From: Octopus vulgaris
Taxonomy: Eukaryota
Assembly (NCBI GenBank): GCA_951406725.2
Contig: OX597815.1
Coordinates: 208,258,001-208,322,000, forward strand
DNA: 64,000 nt
Direction of reading: 5' to 3'
In this document: one piece after another, positions 39,801 through 52,204 of the stretch
How the letters are laid out: each line of letters begins with the position of its first letter
Numbering within the stretch: the stretch's first letter is position 1
Notes under the pieces: model-generated
Told to the model about the DNA's origin: nothing
Seen by the model: only the letters and a program-made list of their open reading frames with translations
Databases searched by the model: none
Made by a program: the position numbers and the translations under genes

Positions 39801-40022
39801 CAAACAGGAAGTGATAGTTTTTCAATCGCAGTATTACCCTTACAAGTTGTCAACCAACAGCCATGGAACTCGAACCCACATCCTCCTGAGTGTTTTACCA
39901 TTAAGCTAACCTGCCTGCTGACAATCTTACCTCTTGTTTGTATTGTACAATACACATTTCAACATGTCTAATAAAAACAAATGTATGTTTGTTTATATTT
40001 ATACACACATATTTATATTTAT

Positions 40023-40440
40023 AGGTGCAGGAGTGGCTGTGTGGTAAGTAGCTTGCTAACCAACCACATGGTTCCGGGTTCAGTCCTACTGTGTGGCATC
40101 TTGGGCAAGTGTCTTCTGCTATAGCCTCGGGCCGACCAAAGCCTTGTGAGTGGATTTGGTAGATGGAAACTGAAAAAACCTGTCGTATATATATATATGT
40201 ATATATATATATATGTGTGTGTGTATGTGTGTGTGTGTTTGTCCCCCTAGCATTGCTTGACAACCGATGCTGGTGCGTTTATGTCCCCCGTCACTTAGCG
40301 GTTTGGCAAAAGAGACCGATAGAATAAGTACTGGGCTTACAAAGAATAAGTCCCGGGGTCGAGTTGCTCCACTAAAGGTGGTGCTCCAGCATGGCCACAG
40401 TCAAATGACTGAAACAAGTAAAAGAGTAAAAGAGAGAGTA
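40023..40440 (+). mobile_element. SINE family A full-length copy
   Basis: Head, microsatellite and tail 'aagtaaaagagtaaaagag'. Confidence 0.9.
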
Positions 40441-40689
40441 CATGGTTGTTTAATAAGCTATTTAGTGTCTAAATCAGTGGATGAGATTGTCAGCGGATGG
40501 TAAAGCACTGAGCTGCAGTCTTGGGGATGTGAGTTCAAATCCCATGGCTGGTTGTTGACAAAATTTTTCTGCCTTTTCTGCCCATTAATGTAATGGCAAT
40601 ACAATATTCGAAAAAATATCCCCTCTTCTTTGAAAGAAATAATTTATATCTCTCATGGTAGCCTTGATTCATTCAAGAATTGTTATTGC

Positions 40690-40960
40690 AGCCCTGTCAC
40701 CAGTGTCGAGAAAATCAATAAGCGACATACATCTTTGGCTGATTTTGTGTGGCGACTTAAGGAAGATAAAATTGGATGTAAAATAACTTAGTCCATAGTA
40801 AGACATGCAAAATCATATAATTTCTTTTCCAGGAGAAGCCAATTTTGCTCCGAGGAATCTATTCTGTGGACCAATGAGATCGTTAATAGGATTTCTGAAA
40901 GACCTTCAAAATGCTTACAAGCATATAAATGCACTTTTGCACAATGCAGTGCGAATGAAT
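40690..40960 (+). pseudogene. Penelope-like element remnant, C-terminal part of the GIY-YIG region
   Basis: Manual translation gives HTSLADFVWRLKEDKIGCKIT*SIVRHAKSYNFFSRRSQFCSEE...VNRISERPSKC. This resembles the PLE motif T.LS.YIW.LK.....I.WSI...A..Y.....C.LC..E...LN.RSE..SKC. Confidence 0.65.
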
Positions 40961-41100
40961 TTGAGTAACTGTTAACGTAATTCACCTCAGGTTATGGACG
41001 AATTAAATTTAGCTTTAAACCACCCCATTCTTATAAACACCAAATAGCTATTTAATTCACTTTGTGAATGTATGTGTACCAAACCACACATGTATGTATA

Positions 41101-41504
41101 CTCTTTACTCTTTTACTTGTTTCAGTCATTTGACTGCGGCCATGCTGGAGCACCGCCTTTAATCGAGCAACTCGACCCCGGGACTTATTCTTTGTAAGCC
41201 CAGTACTTATTCTATCGGTCTCTTTTGCCGAACTGCTAAGTAACGGGGACATAAACACACCAGCATCGGTTGTCAAACAATGCTAGGGGGACAAACACAC
41301 ACACACAAACACACACACAAGCATATATATACATACATACGACGGGCTTCTTTCAGTTTCCGTCTACTAAATCCACTCACAAGGCATTAGTCAGCCCGAG
41401 GCTATAGTAGAAGACACTTGCCCAAGGTGCCACACAGTGGGACTGAACCTGGAACCATGTGGTTGGTAAACAAGCTACTTACCACACAACCACTCCTGCG
41501 CCTA
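41101..41504 (-). mobile_element. SINE family A full-length copy
   Basis: Reverse complement of family A. Confidence 0.9.
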
Positions 41505-41596
41505 TGTATGTTTACATCTTTGTGAATGTTTGTATGAGCAAGTGTACATGTGCCATACAAGCTACACTAGGGTGTTTATACATCAATATCTGTTAA

Positions 41597-42178
41597 CATC
41601 ATCATCATCATCGTTTAACATCTGTTTTCTATGCTAGCATGGGTTGGACGGTTTAACTGGGGTCTGGGAAGCCAGGAGGCTTGCACCAGGCTCCAGTCTG
41701 ATCTGGCAGTGTTTCTACAGCTGGATGCCCTTCCTAACGCCAACCACTCCGTGATTGTTGGGAGTAGTTTTTACGTGCCACCAGCACAGAGGCCAGAGGA
41801 GGCTGGCAAAGGCCATTATTGGTTGGTGCTTTTTATGTGCTACCAGCACAGGGGCCAGAGGAGGCTGGCAAAGGCCATGATTGGTTGGTGCTTTTTACGT
41901 GCCACCGGCACAGGGGCCAGAGGAGGCTGGCAAAGGCCATGATTGGTTGGTGCTTTTTACATGCCACCGGCATGGACGCCAGTCAAGGCAGCACTGGCAT
42001 TGGCCACATTCAGATGGTGCTTTTTACATGCCACTGGCACGGGTATCACAACTACAATTTCCATTTGATTTTCATTTTGATGTTCATGTACTTGACTCAA
42101 TAGGTCTCCTCAAGCACAGCAGGTCGCCCTATGATCCAAGGTACTTTTGAATGGGCTGGGGCTGGTTATGCAAAACTG
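41597..42178 (-). mobile_element. RTE-LINE 3' UTR fragment with ~62 bp tandem repeats
   Basis: It has a (CAT)n tail and units starting near 41775, 41837, 41899 and 41961. The distal part 'cttgactcaataggtctcctcaagcac' matches 30780-30810 in reverse. Confidence 0.8.
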
Positions 42179-42479
42179 GTATATGCTGTACTGAGTATTC
42201 ATTTCTGTTTTTTGCATCTTTTATTATATTATTGATCTTCTTTCTATATAAACGAAGGGATATCCTTTAACTTGCTGCTTTTCTTTACACAAAGTGAGAA
42301 GATACATTGCGGAACTGTTATTTTAATGAGTTGTATCTGTTTATCACCTGCCGCTTCCACTGTCAGAGGCTCCTGAACCAGTTGTTGGGTATCCCACCCA
42401 TGAGGTACCAATGCCAGATGAGTCGAAACAATTGCAGTGATTAATAAAAACTCGTGTATCGTCCATCTCTCATTAACCA

Positions 42480-42518
<39 letters not shown>

Positions 42519-42545
42519 GTGTATATATATATGTGTGTGTGTGTG

Positions 42546-42578
<33 letters not shown>

Positions 42579-42582
42579 ATAT

Positions 42583-42621
<39 letters not shown>

Positions 42622-43263
42622 TAGATATGTTATATATATGTATAAATATTTATATACATATACATATATATTCATATACATATACATATATACCTATATA
42701 CATCTACACACATATATATATATACATATATATCTATATGCGTACATATATTCATCTATGCACACACACACACACACACTCATATATACATACACATATT
42801 TATAAACGTATATCTGAATATATATATATATGTGTGTGTATATATATATGTGTGTGTGCATATGTGTGTATATGTGTGTATATATGTGTGTTTGTGTGTA
42901 TGTACGTAGACACTTCAGCTCATGATTAATGCTGTTACTACAATACTTTGTAAATATTGAAATGTTTATCTCTATTTGCAATAATAATGAATTGCATCCA
43001 GTCTTATTCAAAAATAAACTAGCATTAATTTCAAATGAAACTATATTTTATTAATGAGATTTCATCATAATTATATTTTATTAATGAGATTTCATCATAA
43101 TTAAATTTTTACTTATTTTTCATATAGAGTATCAGAAGACTACTTATTGAAATATTAATTACTTAAGTTTTATTTCTATTTAATATCATAATGCTACCAA
43201 AAATTTTGAAATTCCTACGAATATAAGAAAGAAATTAATGATATACATAGAACAAAATATATG

Positions 43264-43540
43264 TACGAAGGTAATCCCAAAAGTAAGGTCTCCAAAATAT
43301 TTAGAAATCACAGAAATGTTTATTGTCAATGACGGTTACATCATTTTAAAATTTAAACATTTATCTATTTTCTACGTAATTGCCATTTTGGTTGATGCCT
43401 TTTTGTAAGCGCTGGGGCAGTTTTTGTATGCCCATGTCACACCAGTTCACCACCATGTCGTTGAGGAAGTGCTGAGCCTCATCTTTCACCTCCTCATCAT
43501 TGCTGAAGCAAGTTCCGGCCAAATGTTCTTTCAACATGCT
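43264..43540 (-). mobile_element. Mariner transposon 3' end remnant
   Basis: The terminus is TA|CGAAGG. The minus translation MLKEHLAGTCFSNDEEVKDEAQHFL...GIQKLPQRLQKGINQNGNYVEK* is a mariner transposase C-terminus. Confidence 0.8.
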
Positions 43541-44079
43541 GCAAGAACTTGTTTAGAATACCTTTGCCTTTCTTCGCCTTTTTTATTGCTATTCTTGCAA
43601 CTCCACCAACTCTTCATTTGTGTGCAGTTGCTGATGCATTTTTGCCTTGGACCTTAATGTTATAAAAATGGTATTGCTAGATGAAACACATAAATCATCT
43701 TGAATTGCTCTTGAAATCCTCTGTCATATCGTTGGGATACTTGTTAAGGTCACTGTACAATGAAAGCACTATCCCTTGAATTATTATCCAGCTTATGGAG
43801 AGATACACAGATGAATCAGCCATTCAAGCCAAAAGGAAAGAAGCTGTCCCATTTTGTCAATAGTTTTGCATTTTTTCTTGGTGATTACAATGTTCTGCAT
43901 TCCTGGAGCCATATCTTGGATGTAAGTCGAAAATCTTCCCTTATGAATATTCGTAAATATCAACATCTGACTTTAGCCATAAGTGCCTGCGAGTGCTATC
44001 ATCTTTTCACCTTGTTCAAAATATTTTATCATGCCAATGTATTTTACAAAAAATATAAGCATGGTTTTTAGGACCACCG

Positions 44080-44390
44080 GTGGAGGTGCAATGGCCCAGT
44101 GGTTAGAGCAGCGGACTTGTGGGCAGAGGATCTCGGTTTCGATTTCCAGACCCCGCATTGTGTGTTTATTGAGCGAAAACACCTAAAAAGGCTCCACGAG
44201 ACTCTGGCAGTGGGGGGGTGGCGACCCCTGCTGTACTCTTTCACCACAACTTTCTCTCACTCTTTTTTCCTGTTTCTTGAGTAACACTGCAATGGACTGG
44301 CAACCCGTCCAGCTGGGGGAAACATATATGCCACAGAAACCGGGAAACCGGGCCCATGAGCCTGGCTAGGCTTGAAAAGAGCGATGTTTT
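44080..44390 (+). mobile_element. SINE family D
   Basis: It has a tRNA-like head and a V-SINE-like central motif 'gcaatggactggc..cc.gtccag'. Confidence 0.8.
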
Positions 44391-44645
44391 TTTTTATCGC
44401 TTAGGACCACCAGGACTAGAGCTGACAGTAAGAGCTTTCATGTGAGGAATAGTGTATGAAAATAAAATAAGCAAAATTTTTGCACAGTAAACACACACAT
44501 GTTTAAATAACTTGATACAAACTGCAACACTATCTCACAATGGAATGCAGGAATTATCGTTGCCAAAAGCCATTTAAATAAATGTAAACATTGTAACTAT
44601 ATACATTTAAAAAATTCATTACCGTTTATCTGTTTTTATAAATAA

Positions 44646-45398
44646 CTAGCAGCATAGCCCGGCAATGTAAGAGCTCCTAGTAGGCAACGACTAATCCCAA
44701 TCTAGTCCTTTCCCTCTAGGGAACGAAGGCGCATGTGTAGGTTGCAATGTCTTCTCTTCACTTCCAAATAACTATCAAACAGCTATCGATAATTCAACCC
44801 AACCAATTCCTACAAGGAAGAAATTACATTCGAGACTTTACCGCAAGTTATTCGAATACTTTTTTTGTTTACACTTTCTTTATAACTACCACCCCAAACG
44901 TTTTACCTTAAATTTTTGACGTACCCTAAGGGTCCTCGGAAGCTACTTGCAAACTCTTGGTTTATTATAAACCACTTTTGTCGTGTGCACCAAAAAACCT
45001 TTTCCATTCGTTTGTTCAGTTTGGTCACTTTTGACTTTTTCGTTGTTGTCATTCACATTGCTGCCCGCTTTTTTGCCGTTTTTGTACATTTTTATACATT
45101 TTGGGATACTTACCTCGTGTGTTCCGAGAGTTAAAAAGGTCGAGTTGCGTCCCCTAGACAGTCTGTAGAAAATGTGTTGCATATAAAAAGGCTTAGATTC
45201 TTGACCCATGTCGAATTTATCGTTTATTTTTCAGAACTGGGGGAACTTCTCAAAATTTTCGCTGCGTTAGTTTTGAATTATGACATTGGGCTATGTGTGT
45301 ATCAAGTTTCATCAGAATCGGTTGAAAGCCGTGGTCAGGGTGAGGGTACAACCTGACAGACACACAGACAGACAAACTGCCGTTTATATATAGAGAGA
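44646..45398 (-). mobile_element. Non-autonomous Helitron, long variant
   Basis: It shares the A|TC 5' ~270 bp and the CTAG|T end with 24412-24786. About 450 bp of internal sequence differ. Confidence 0.8.
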
Positions 45399-45769
45399 TT
45401 TGTAAATATTTTCATGTGTATTTTGCCATTTCATTATTGGTTTTTATGTTATTTTAATGCTGTTTTAAAAGGTGTTCATAGAGGACTGACATAAAGTCAA
45501 GAAAGGTGCAACTCGAAATGATATAAGTTGAGGTGTGTCTTTTATATGTGTATATTTAGATATGTACAGAGGCAGTCTTTCAATATTAGTAGGTAACAGC
45601 ATTCATCCAGACAATGATTCAATGGAACTTACTGAAGCAAGCCAGCATGCTCACAGCATTACTGCAGGTGATGGCAAGGCTAAGGCACTGGAAAAACCAA
45701 ATACTCTCTCAGAAGCATCACCTGACACCTTGGTGAGGTGAGCTGCCAGTGATGACAAGAACTTCAGAC

Positions 45770-46165
45770 ACAGGCATGGCTGTGTGGTAAGGAGCTTGCT
45801 CCCCAACCACATGGTTCTAGGTTCAGTCCCACTGATTGGGGCATCTTGGGCAAGTGTCTTTTATTATAGCCTCAGGCCAACCAAATCCTTGTGAGTGGAT
45901 TTGGGAGACAGAAACTGAAAGAAGCATGTTGTATATATATATAAATATATATATATATATACACACATATACATATGTGTATATATATATGTGTGTCTTG
46001 TGTCTTGTTTATGTCCCCTGTAACTTAGTGGGTCAGCAAAAGAGATCAATAGAATAAGTACTAGGCTTAAGGAAAAAAAAGGCATGAGGTCGAATTGACT
46101 AAAAACCATTTGAAGCGGTGCCCCAGCATGGCCACAGTCTAATGACTGAAACAAGTAAAAGATAC
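45770..46165 (+). mobile_element. SINE family A copy
   Basis: Head, microsatellite and tail. Confidence 0.8.
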
Positions 46166-46299
46166 ACATACATAAACACACACATATATATGTGTATATT
46201 TTAAATGGTTTCCATCAACCAAATTTATGCATGAAGATGCTTTGTGGTTGACCTGAGGCTATAGCAAGTAGGTGGCGCTTATTCAACGTACCATGCAGC

Positions 46300-46834
46300 A
46301 GGAGATGAAGCAGAAAAATTCTTTTTTTTTCTTTTAAATGCAAGGTAAAAATGTAACTATTAAAATATTTTTTCTGCTATCTATTCAACGCCTTCTTCCG
46401 TTGTAAACTCCCACTTTTGTTTCAAGAAATATTTTAAATTAGCTGTATCACCTGCTGTTGCTTGACTTTGTTTCGACCCTTTAGAACTGGAATTTTTGAA
46501 AAGTAAAAATTTTGCATTATGTAGCTTATTATTCTCTTTCAATGAACATTTTTCTGGTTGAAATACACTGAAAAATGGCGACACAGCAGTAAAAAAATCG
46601 TAAAAAAATAGGGATTTTCATAGAAAAAAAAGCACCTTTTTGATGTAAATAATTTTTGGTCTTAACATGGTCCGATTTGAATTTTTTCTTCTACGGAATG
46701 AAGAGCAAGCCTTCTTCTATCATACTCTCAATTTTGGTCAACTTGTGCTGCAGGGTCTCGGAGGAGGTAGTGTTAGTTGAAGGTTACCAAACCTGCCATA
46801 CACTGACAACTTCAGCTTTATATATAGAGGGAGA
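46300..46834 (-). mobile_element. Helitron-like 5' portion, second family
   Basis: The minus strand starts A|TCTCCCTCTATATATAAAGCTGAAGTTGTC, like the other Helitron 5' ends. No CTAG 3' end was found. Confidence 0.45.
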
Positions 46835-47020
46835 TTGTCATATAATTAGTCATGAAACTCGTATGTCAGCTTGTGTTTTGCAGTGAATAAAGTTGTTTTT
46901 TTTTTAATTGGTTAAAGCATTTTAATGATGACCTGGAGAGGAATGTGTTTTATCAGGTCTAAGAATGTCCAAGACTCGCTGTATGTCATGACAATCCTTA
47001 GAATTCCATCAGGGAGTTAA

Positions 47021-47673
47021 GGTGGCAGATTTCAGATCAAGACACCCACATAAGTCAGATTTTCTCTGTTTTGATGGGAAATTTTCCACTTTTTTCACCA
47101 CAGCCTTCAAAATGGTGGGCAGTTGGTATCTTTATATGATAAACATTTTTGATTTTTATTTCACTTTACCTCTCTCACCACCCAACTGCTCGCCGATTTG
47201 GGCCATTTTTTTAAAAATGGGAGAAGCATTTTCAGTAAAAAAAATTTTTTTTAAACTGTAAATATTTTCAGAAGCAGAGGTGTGTGGTTTAAGGGAGATT
47301 TGGCTGTTGTTTCCAGTACATCCCATGACCACTTTCCTCGTTTCTTTGTCATTCTCACATATACTCTCTCTATACTCTCTCTGAACCCAGAACCATGTGG
47401 TTGGTAAGCAAGCTACTTACCACACAGCCACTCCTGTGCCTGAAAAGAATTACAATTTTTTTTTCACTGCAGCGGTTTTTAAGTGTGTAGTGTAAACAAA
47501 CAGTCCAGGGTAGAATGGTGAGAGAGGTGAAGTGAAAAAAAAACAATAAAATTTTTCCAAAATGTTTTTTCATAAAACGATGCCCCCATCATTTTAAAGG
47601 CTATATAGCAAAATTCCCCATCAAAATGGAGCAATTTCAATTTATGAGGGTGTCCTAATACAAAACTTTGCCA
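47021..47673. mobile_element. TTAA-flanked MITE with long imperfect TIRs (Kolobok/piggyBac-like)
   Basis: 'ttaa ggtggcag...gacaccc.cataa...ttttgatggg.aatttt' is mirrored by 'aaaattccccatcaaaa...ttatgagggtgtcc...tgcca ttaa'. Confidence 0.5.
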
Positions 47674-48585
47674 TTAAGGGTTCATGGCATGGTAGATGTG
47701 AAGAGTTTGTGTGTCTTAAGACAAAACAAATGATGCATTTGAGAAAGGAGTATTGTTGGGTTGTTTTGTAGTGAAGATCTTGCTGGTTTAGGTTTTGATT
47801 TTGCTGTGAACCCTTTAGCATTTAGAACAGCCATATCCAGCCCAAATATTCTACCTGTCAGAAAACCAGGTTGATCCTTTACTGCTTCCTTATGGTAATA
47901 TAATGGACATTGAAGGCTGCTCTGGAATAAACGCTATTTAAAAAATTCAAATAGATATATGGCTGGATGCCCTTCCTAATGCCAACAGCTTCACAGAGTG
48001 TAGTGGGTGTTTTTACATAGCACAGCACCAACACCAGTGGGGTTACCAAGCACCTTGCAAGACAAAAACTCTCAACTGAGTCATGAGTAGTGTTGAAAGA
48101 GGTAGCTTTGTGTCAGTTGATGAGAAACAAAAATAAATAAAACACTGATTTTTGATTTTTGAAAGCATGACCTATTTACTTTTGAGTTAAAACATTTTGA
48201 TGATCTGGATTGACGTTCAATAATTATCGTCAGATCTCAATCAAATTGAAAACATATGGTCACATTGGAAGAGAGAACTATGTGAGAAGTAAATAACTTC
48301 AAAAAGATTAACAAAGGATTCCAGTTCACAGATCCAGTGAGAAATTCCGGTAAAGATTCTTGAATATTCTAATTAAATTCCAATCCCATCATTTGATTGA
48401 ATTCATAAAAAATAAAAGTAAACCAAATAATTAACACCAACTAATAATTAATAAAACTGCTAATTTTCATTTTATTTTATTTCATTTTATTTATTGTTTG
48501 TAATGATTAAGATACAATCATTATTGATGTTTTGTCCTATTTCAAAAAAATTTCTAGGAAGTGGCAATTATTAAAACCAGGGTAT

Positions 48586-49799
48586 CATCATCATCATTGT
48601 TCAACCGTGGTCGAGACAATGGAATTTCCCATGCTACGCCAGACTTCACGGTCCATCATGGCATTACGGAGGTCCTGTTGCTGGATGCCTGTATCCCTGG
48701 AGATTACATCAGGGTAGGAGAGTGTGCGCCCTCTGGTATTGCGAGTAGATGGCTTCCAGAGGAGAAGAGTAGAAATTGCCTCGTTTTCAGCTCTACAACA
48801 ATGTCCATCAAACTGGACTCTTCTACCTTTCACAAGAGATGACACAGGTGGTAGTTTCCCATATATTTGCATTTTGGTTGGATGGCGCTTCCACAAGAGA
48901 TTTTGAGCTCTCATAAGGAGGCGAGTGTAGATTCCATCCAACCGCCTCTCAAGCTTCTTTGATAATGTCCAGGTTTCTGAACCACATAGTAGAATTGGTT
49001 CGACTGTGGCTTTGAAGATTTCAAGTTTGAAGTCTCTACTTAGATTTGATGACCAGATCTTATGCATGTCATTACAGGCTGACCAGGCCATACCCTTTCT
49101 AGTTAGAAAGTCTTTTCCAGATGATGATATGTATGACCCAAGATATTTGTAATCAGAAACCATATTTAAGGGCGCATTGTTGAGAGTATGGATGATGCAA
49201 TCACTGTTGGACAGGCACTTGTTTATCTATTCAGTCTTGGCCTCATTGAGGTAAAGACCTACACAATTTGAGGCTTGTTCGAGAGATTGTAAAAGAGACT
49301 GGGCATTGGAGAGAGAATCACTGATAAGAGCAATGTCGTCAGCAAAGTCAGTGTCTGTCAAGTATTCAGCTGGGTGTCTGGAACTTCTTCTTGGTTTTAT
49401 TTCAAAGCCCTTGCCAGAGATGGTATCAACTGACATACGTAGCAAATAGTCAACGACAATGATGAAAAGAAATGGGGCGAGTCTGTCTCCCTGCAGTATT
49501 CCGGCTTTGATTGAGAAAGATGATGTTTCTCCGTCAGGGGTTAAGATGGTTGAAGACGTATCTGTGTAGAGGACCTTGATGGCAGAAATGATTTTGTCTG
49601 GTATCCCATAGAGCTTAAGGATTTCAAACATCTTGTACCTATCTACAGAGTCGAACGCTTTAGAAAAGTCTACAAATACCATTGCAAGATCGCGATTAAA
49701 TGCTTTTGATTCTTCAATAAGTCTGCGTAGGCATAGTATCTGGCTCAGTGTTGAGCGCCCATGTCTGAATCCATTTTGGTTCTTTTGGAGCAAAGGTTC
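48586..49799 (-). mobile_element. 5'-truncated RTE-type LINE with (TGA)n tail and 11 bp TSD
   Basis: RT motifs QNGFR, FVDFSKAFDSV, GILQGD.LAPFLF, DFADDIAL and YKYLGS are present. The ORF stop runs directly into (TGA)n. TSD AACCAGGGTAT lies at 48575-48585 and 49800-49810. Confidence 0.93.
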
Positions 49800-49914
49800 A
49801 ACCAGGGTATACCCTGATATGTATTTACAGTTTCTTTCTCCTCTCTCTTTTTCCATCTGGAGAAGCCAGATATCTCCCCTGTTGCAAAACATGTTTCTAT
49901 CCCTCTATCATGTG

Positions 49915-50250
49915 AAGGCATATGGCTCAGTAGTTAGAGCATCGAGCTTACGATCGTGAGGTTGTGAGTTCAATTCCCATACCAGGCTGTGTGTTGTGTT
50001 CTTGAGCAAGACATTTTATTTCACGTTGCTCTAGTTAACTCAGCTGTAGAAACTAGTTGTGACATCACTGGTGCCAAGCTGTATTGGCCCCTTTGCTTTT
50101 CCCTTGGATAACATCAGTGGTGTGGAGAGGGTCAGCTGGTATGCATGGGTGACTGATGGCCTTCCATAAACAACCTTGCCTGGACTTGTACCTCAGAGGG
50201 TAACTTTCTATGTGCAATCCCACGGTCATTCATGACCAAAGGGGGTCTCC
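49915..50250 (+). mobile_element. SINE family C head with a third 3' module
   Basis: tRNA-like head. The body is shared with 59568-59850. Confidence 0.7.
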
Positions 50251-50828
50251 CCCTATCCCTCTATCATATTCTAACTTATCATCTGACACAAAGCTATCTC
50301 TTTCAACACTACTCACGACTCAGTTGAGAGTTTTTGTCTCGCAAGGTGCTTTTGTCTTGGTAACCCCACTGGTGTTGGTGCTGGTGCTATGTAAAAACAC
50401 CCACTACTCTCTGTGAAGCTGTTGGCATTAGGAAGGGCATCCAGCCATAGAAATCACACCAAAGAACTCAGGAGAGCATGGCAGTCTTCCAGCTTGCTCC
50501 TGTTAAACCATCCAACCAATAGAAAGTGGACTTTAAATGATGATAATGATGATGATGATGTATATGTATGTTTAATATAAAAGAGAGAGAGTGTGTGTGT
50601 GTGTGTGTGTGAGTGAGAGAGAGGGAGTTTATGTATAAATATGTATGTAGAATATCTCTTTCTATTAATGGGAATAAAATAGCATTTTTCCAGACTTTAA
50701 ATTTAGCAGAAACATGCCATCAGATGTCAGATAACTTTTATGTCTATATAGGGTAGTAGCTTTGTTATTTCAGAAAATCCTTGTTTCAAATTTTTTTAAC
50801 TACTACCAGTTTTTCAGCTACTTACATA

Positions 50829-50876
<48 letters not shown>

Positions 50877-51974
50877 AATACACACACAATGATAGAAACA
50901 CATACTTTTCTGCACATAGTCATTTTATGAACATTCATTGAATAGAAAAGTAACAACAAACAGCAAGATATGAAAAGAAAAGAAAAGAAAAAAAAGAGCA
51001 GACTGTTGGTTGTCTTCATTCTTCTTTTCATTTCACAGAAAATACTTTCAGAAAAGAAAAGAAAAAAATTGTTTTAGGATCAATATTCTCTTTCATCCAT
51101 TTCATTCTTTCATACAAAGACATTTTTTTTTATCTCTTTTTGTCCTCGCTTCTTACATCTCCATCTCTTTCTTTATTTCTTTCTTTCTTTTTCTCTGTCT
51201 TTCTTTCTTTCTTCCTTTCTCTTTTTCTTTCTCTCATTACTGTCTATCCCTCTCTATATTTTTCTCTCTTTCTCTTTCTCACCTTCTTTCTCTCATTCCG
51301 TCTCTCTCTTTCTCTCCCTTACTCCTTCCTCTCTCTTTCATTTATTCATTTAATTGATACCATTTTCATGGCTAACATCAAAATAATATTCTATCTCTTG
51401 TTGATTGTTTAAGATCATACAGAATCATACAAAACAACCACAAAACAACCACAAAATAGCACACGCTGCACACACCATCACAACACGTTCAATTCCGACC
51501 CCAAACCAACACTTTACCTTGTTATACCTACATGCATGTACACACCTTCAATCACACACACACACACTTACAAACTGTGGCCCACTGTGGAATACTCTGA
51601 AAGGCACACCTAAAGGGAAAAATTACCTTAAACTCCTTTTAGTAGTGCAGCCTGGATGAGGGTGAGCCATGTGCTATGTGGCCCACTTCCTGATAAAGGT
51701 TCCACGTGCTTCATGAAAATACAAGGTCATCCCCACCACCCTGCAAGAATTCTCATAGCCTTCCTCATTTTCTTGTATTTTTCTTTTCTTTTATCATGTG
51801 TGTACGTATGCGTGAAGTACCCCCAACAAACACAACCCCACAATCACACCCATTAAAACCACACACAAATAAACACACACACACACACACACACACTAAC
51901 ATATTACTGAAGAGCATCACCACTATCTACATTATTTACATTCGACAGATATTTGCCCTTATCTTGTTTGTTGT

Positions 51975-52017
51975 TAACACGTTTCGGCTGATATACCCTC
52001 CAGCCTTCATCAGGTGT
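51975..52017 (-). ncRNA. Minimal type-I hammerhead ribozyme motif (cleavage side shortened)
   Basis: Minus strand reads ACAC-CTGATGA-A-GGCTG-gagggtatat-CAGCC-GAAA-CGTGTT. Confidence 0.6.
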
Positions 52018-52159
52018 CTTGGGGAAATTTTGAACCTGGGTTCTCATTCCTAAGGTATTTTCGATGTTGTTATTATTGTTATTATTATTATTATTAATAA
52101 TAATAATAATATCGAAGAATACCTTAGGAATGAGAGCCCAAGTTCGAAATTTCCCCAAG

Positions 52160-52204
52160 ACACCTGAAGAAGGATGGAAGGTATATCAGCCGAAACGTTG
52201 TGTT
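52160..52204 (+). ncRNA. Minimal type-I hammerhead ribozyme motif
   Basis: ACAC-CTGAAGA(52164-70)-A-GGATG...CAGCC-GAAA(52192-95)-CGTT-GTGT. Stem I is ACAC/GTGT and stem III is the palindromic ACGT. Confidence 0.7.

Noticed and set aside
43550-44070. Possible decayed coding fragment
   Set aside because: I could not recognise a motif in any frame tried. It needs BLASTX.
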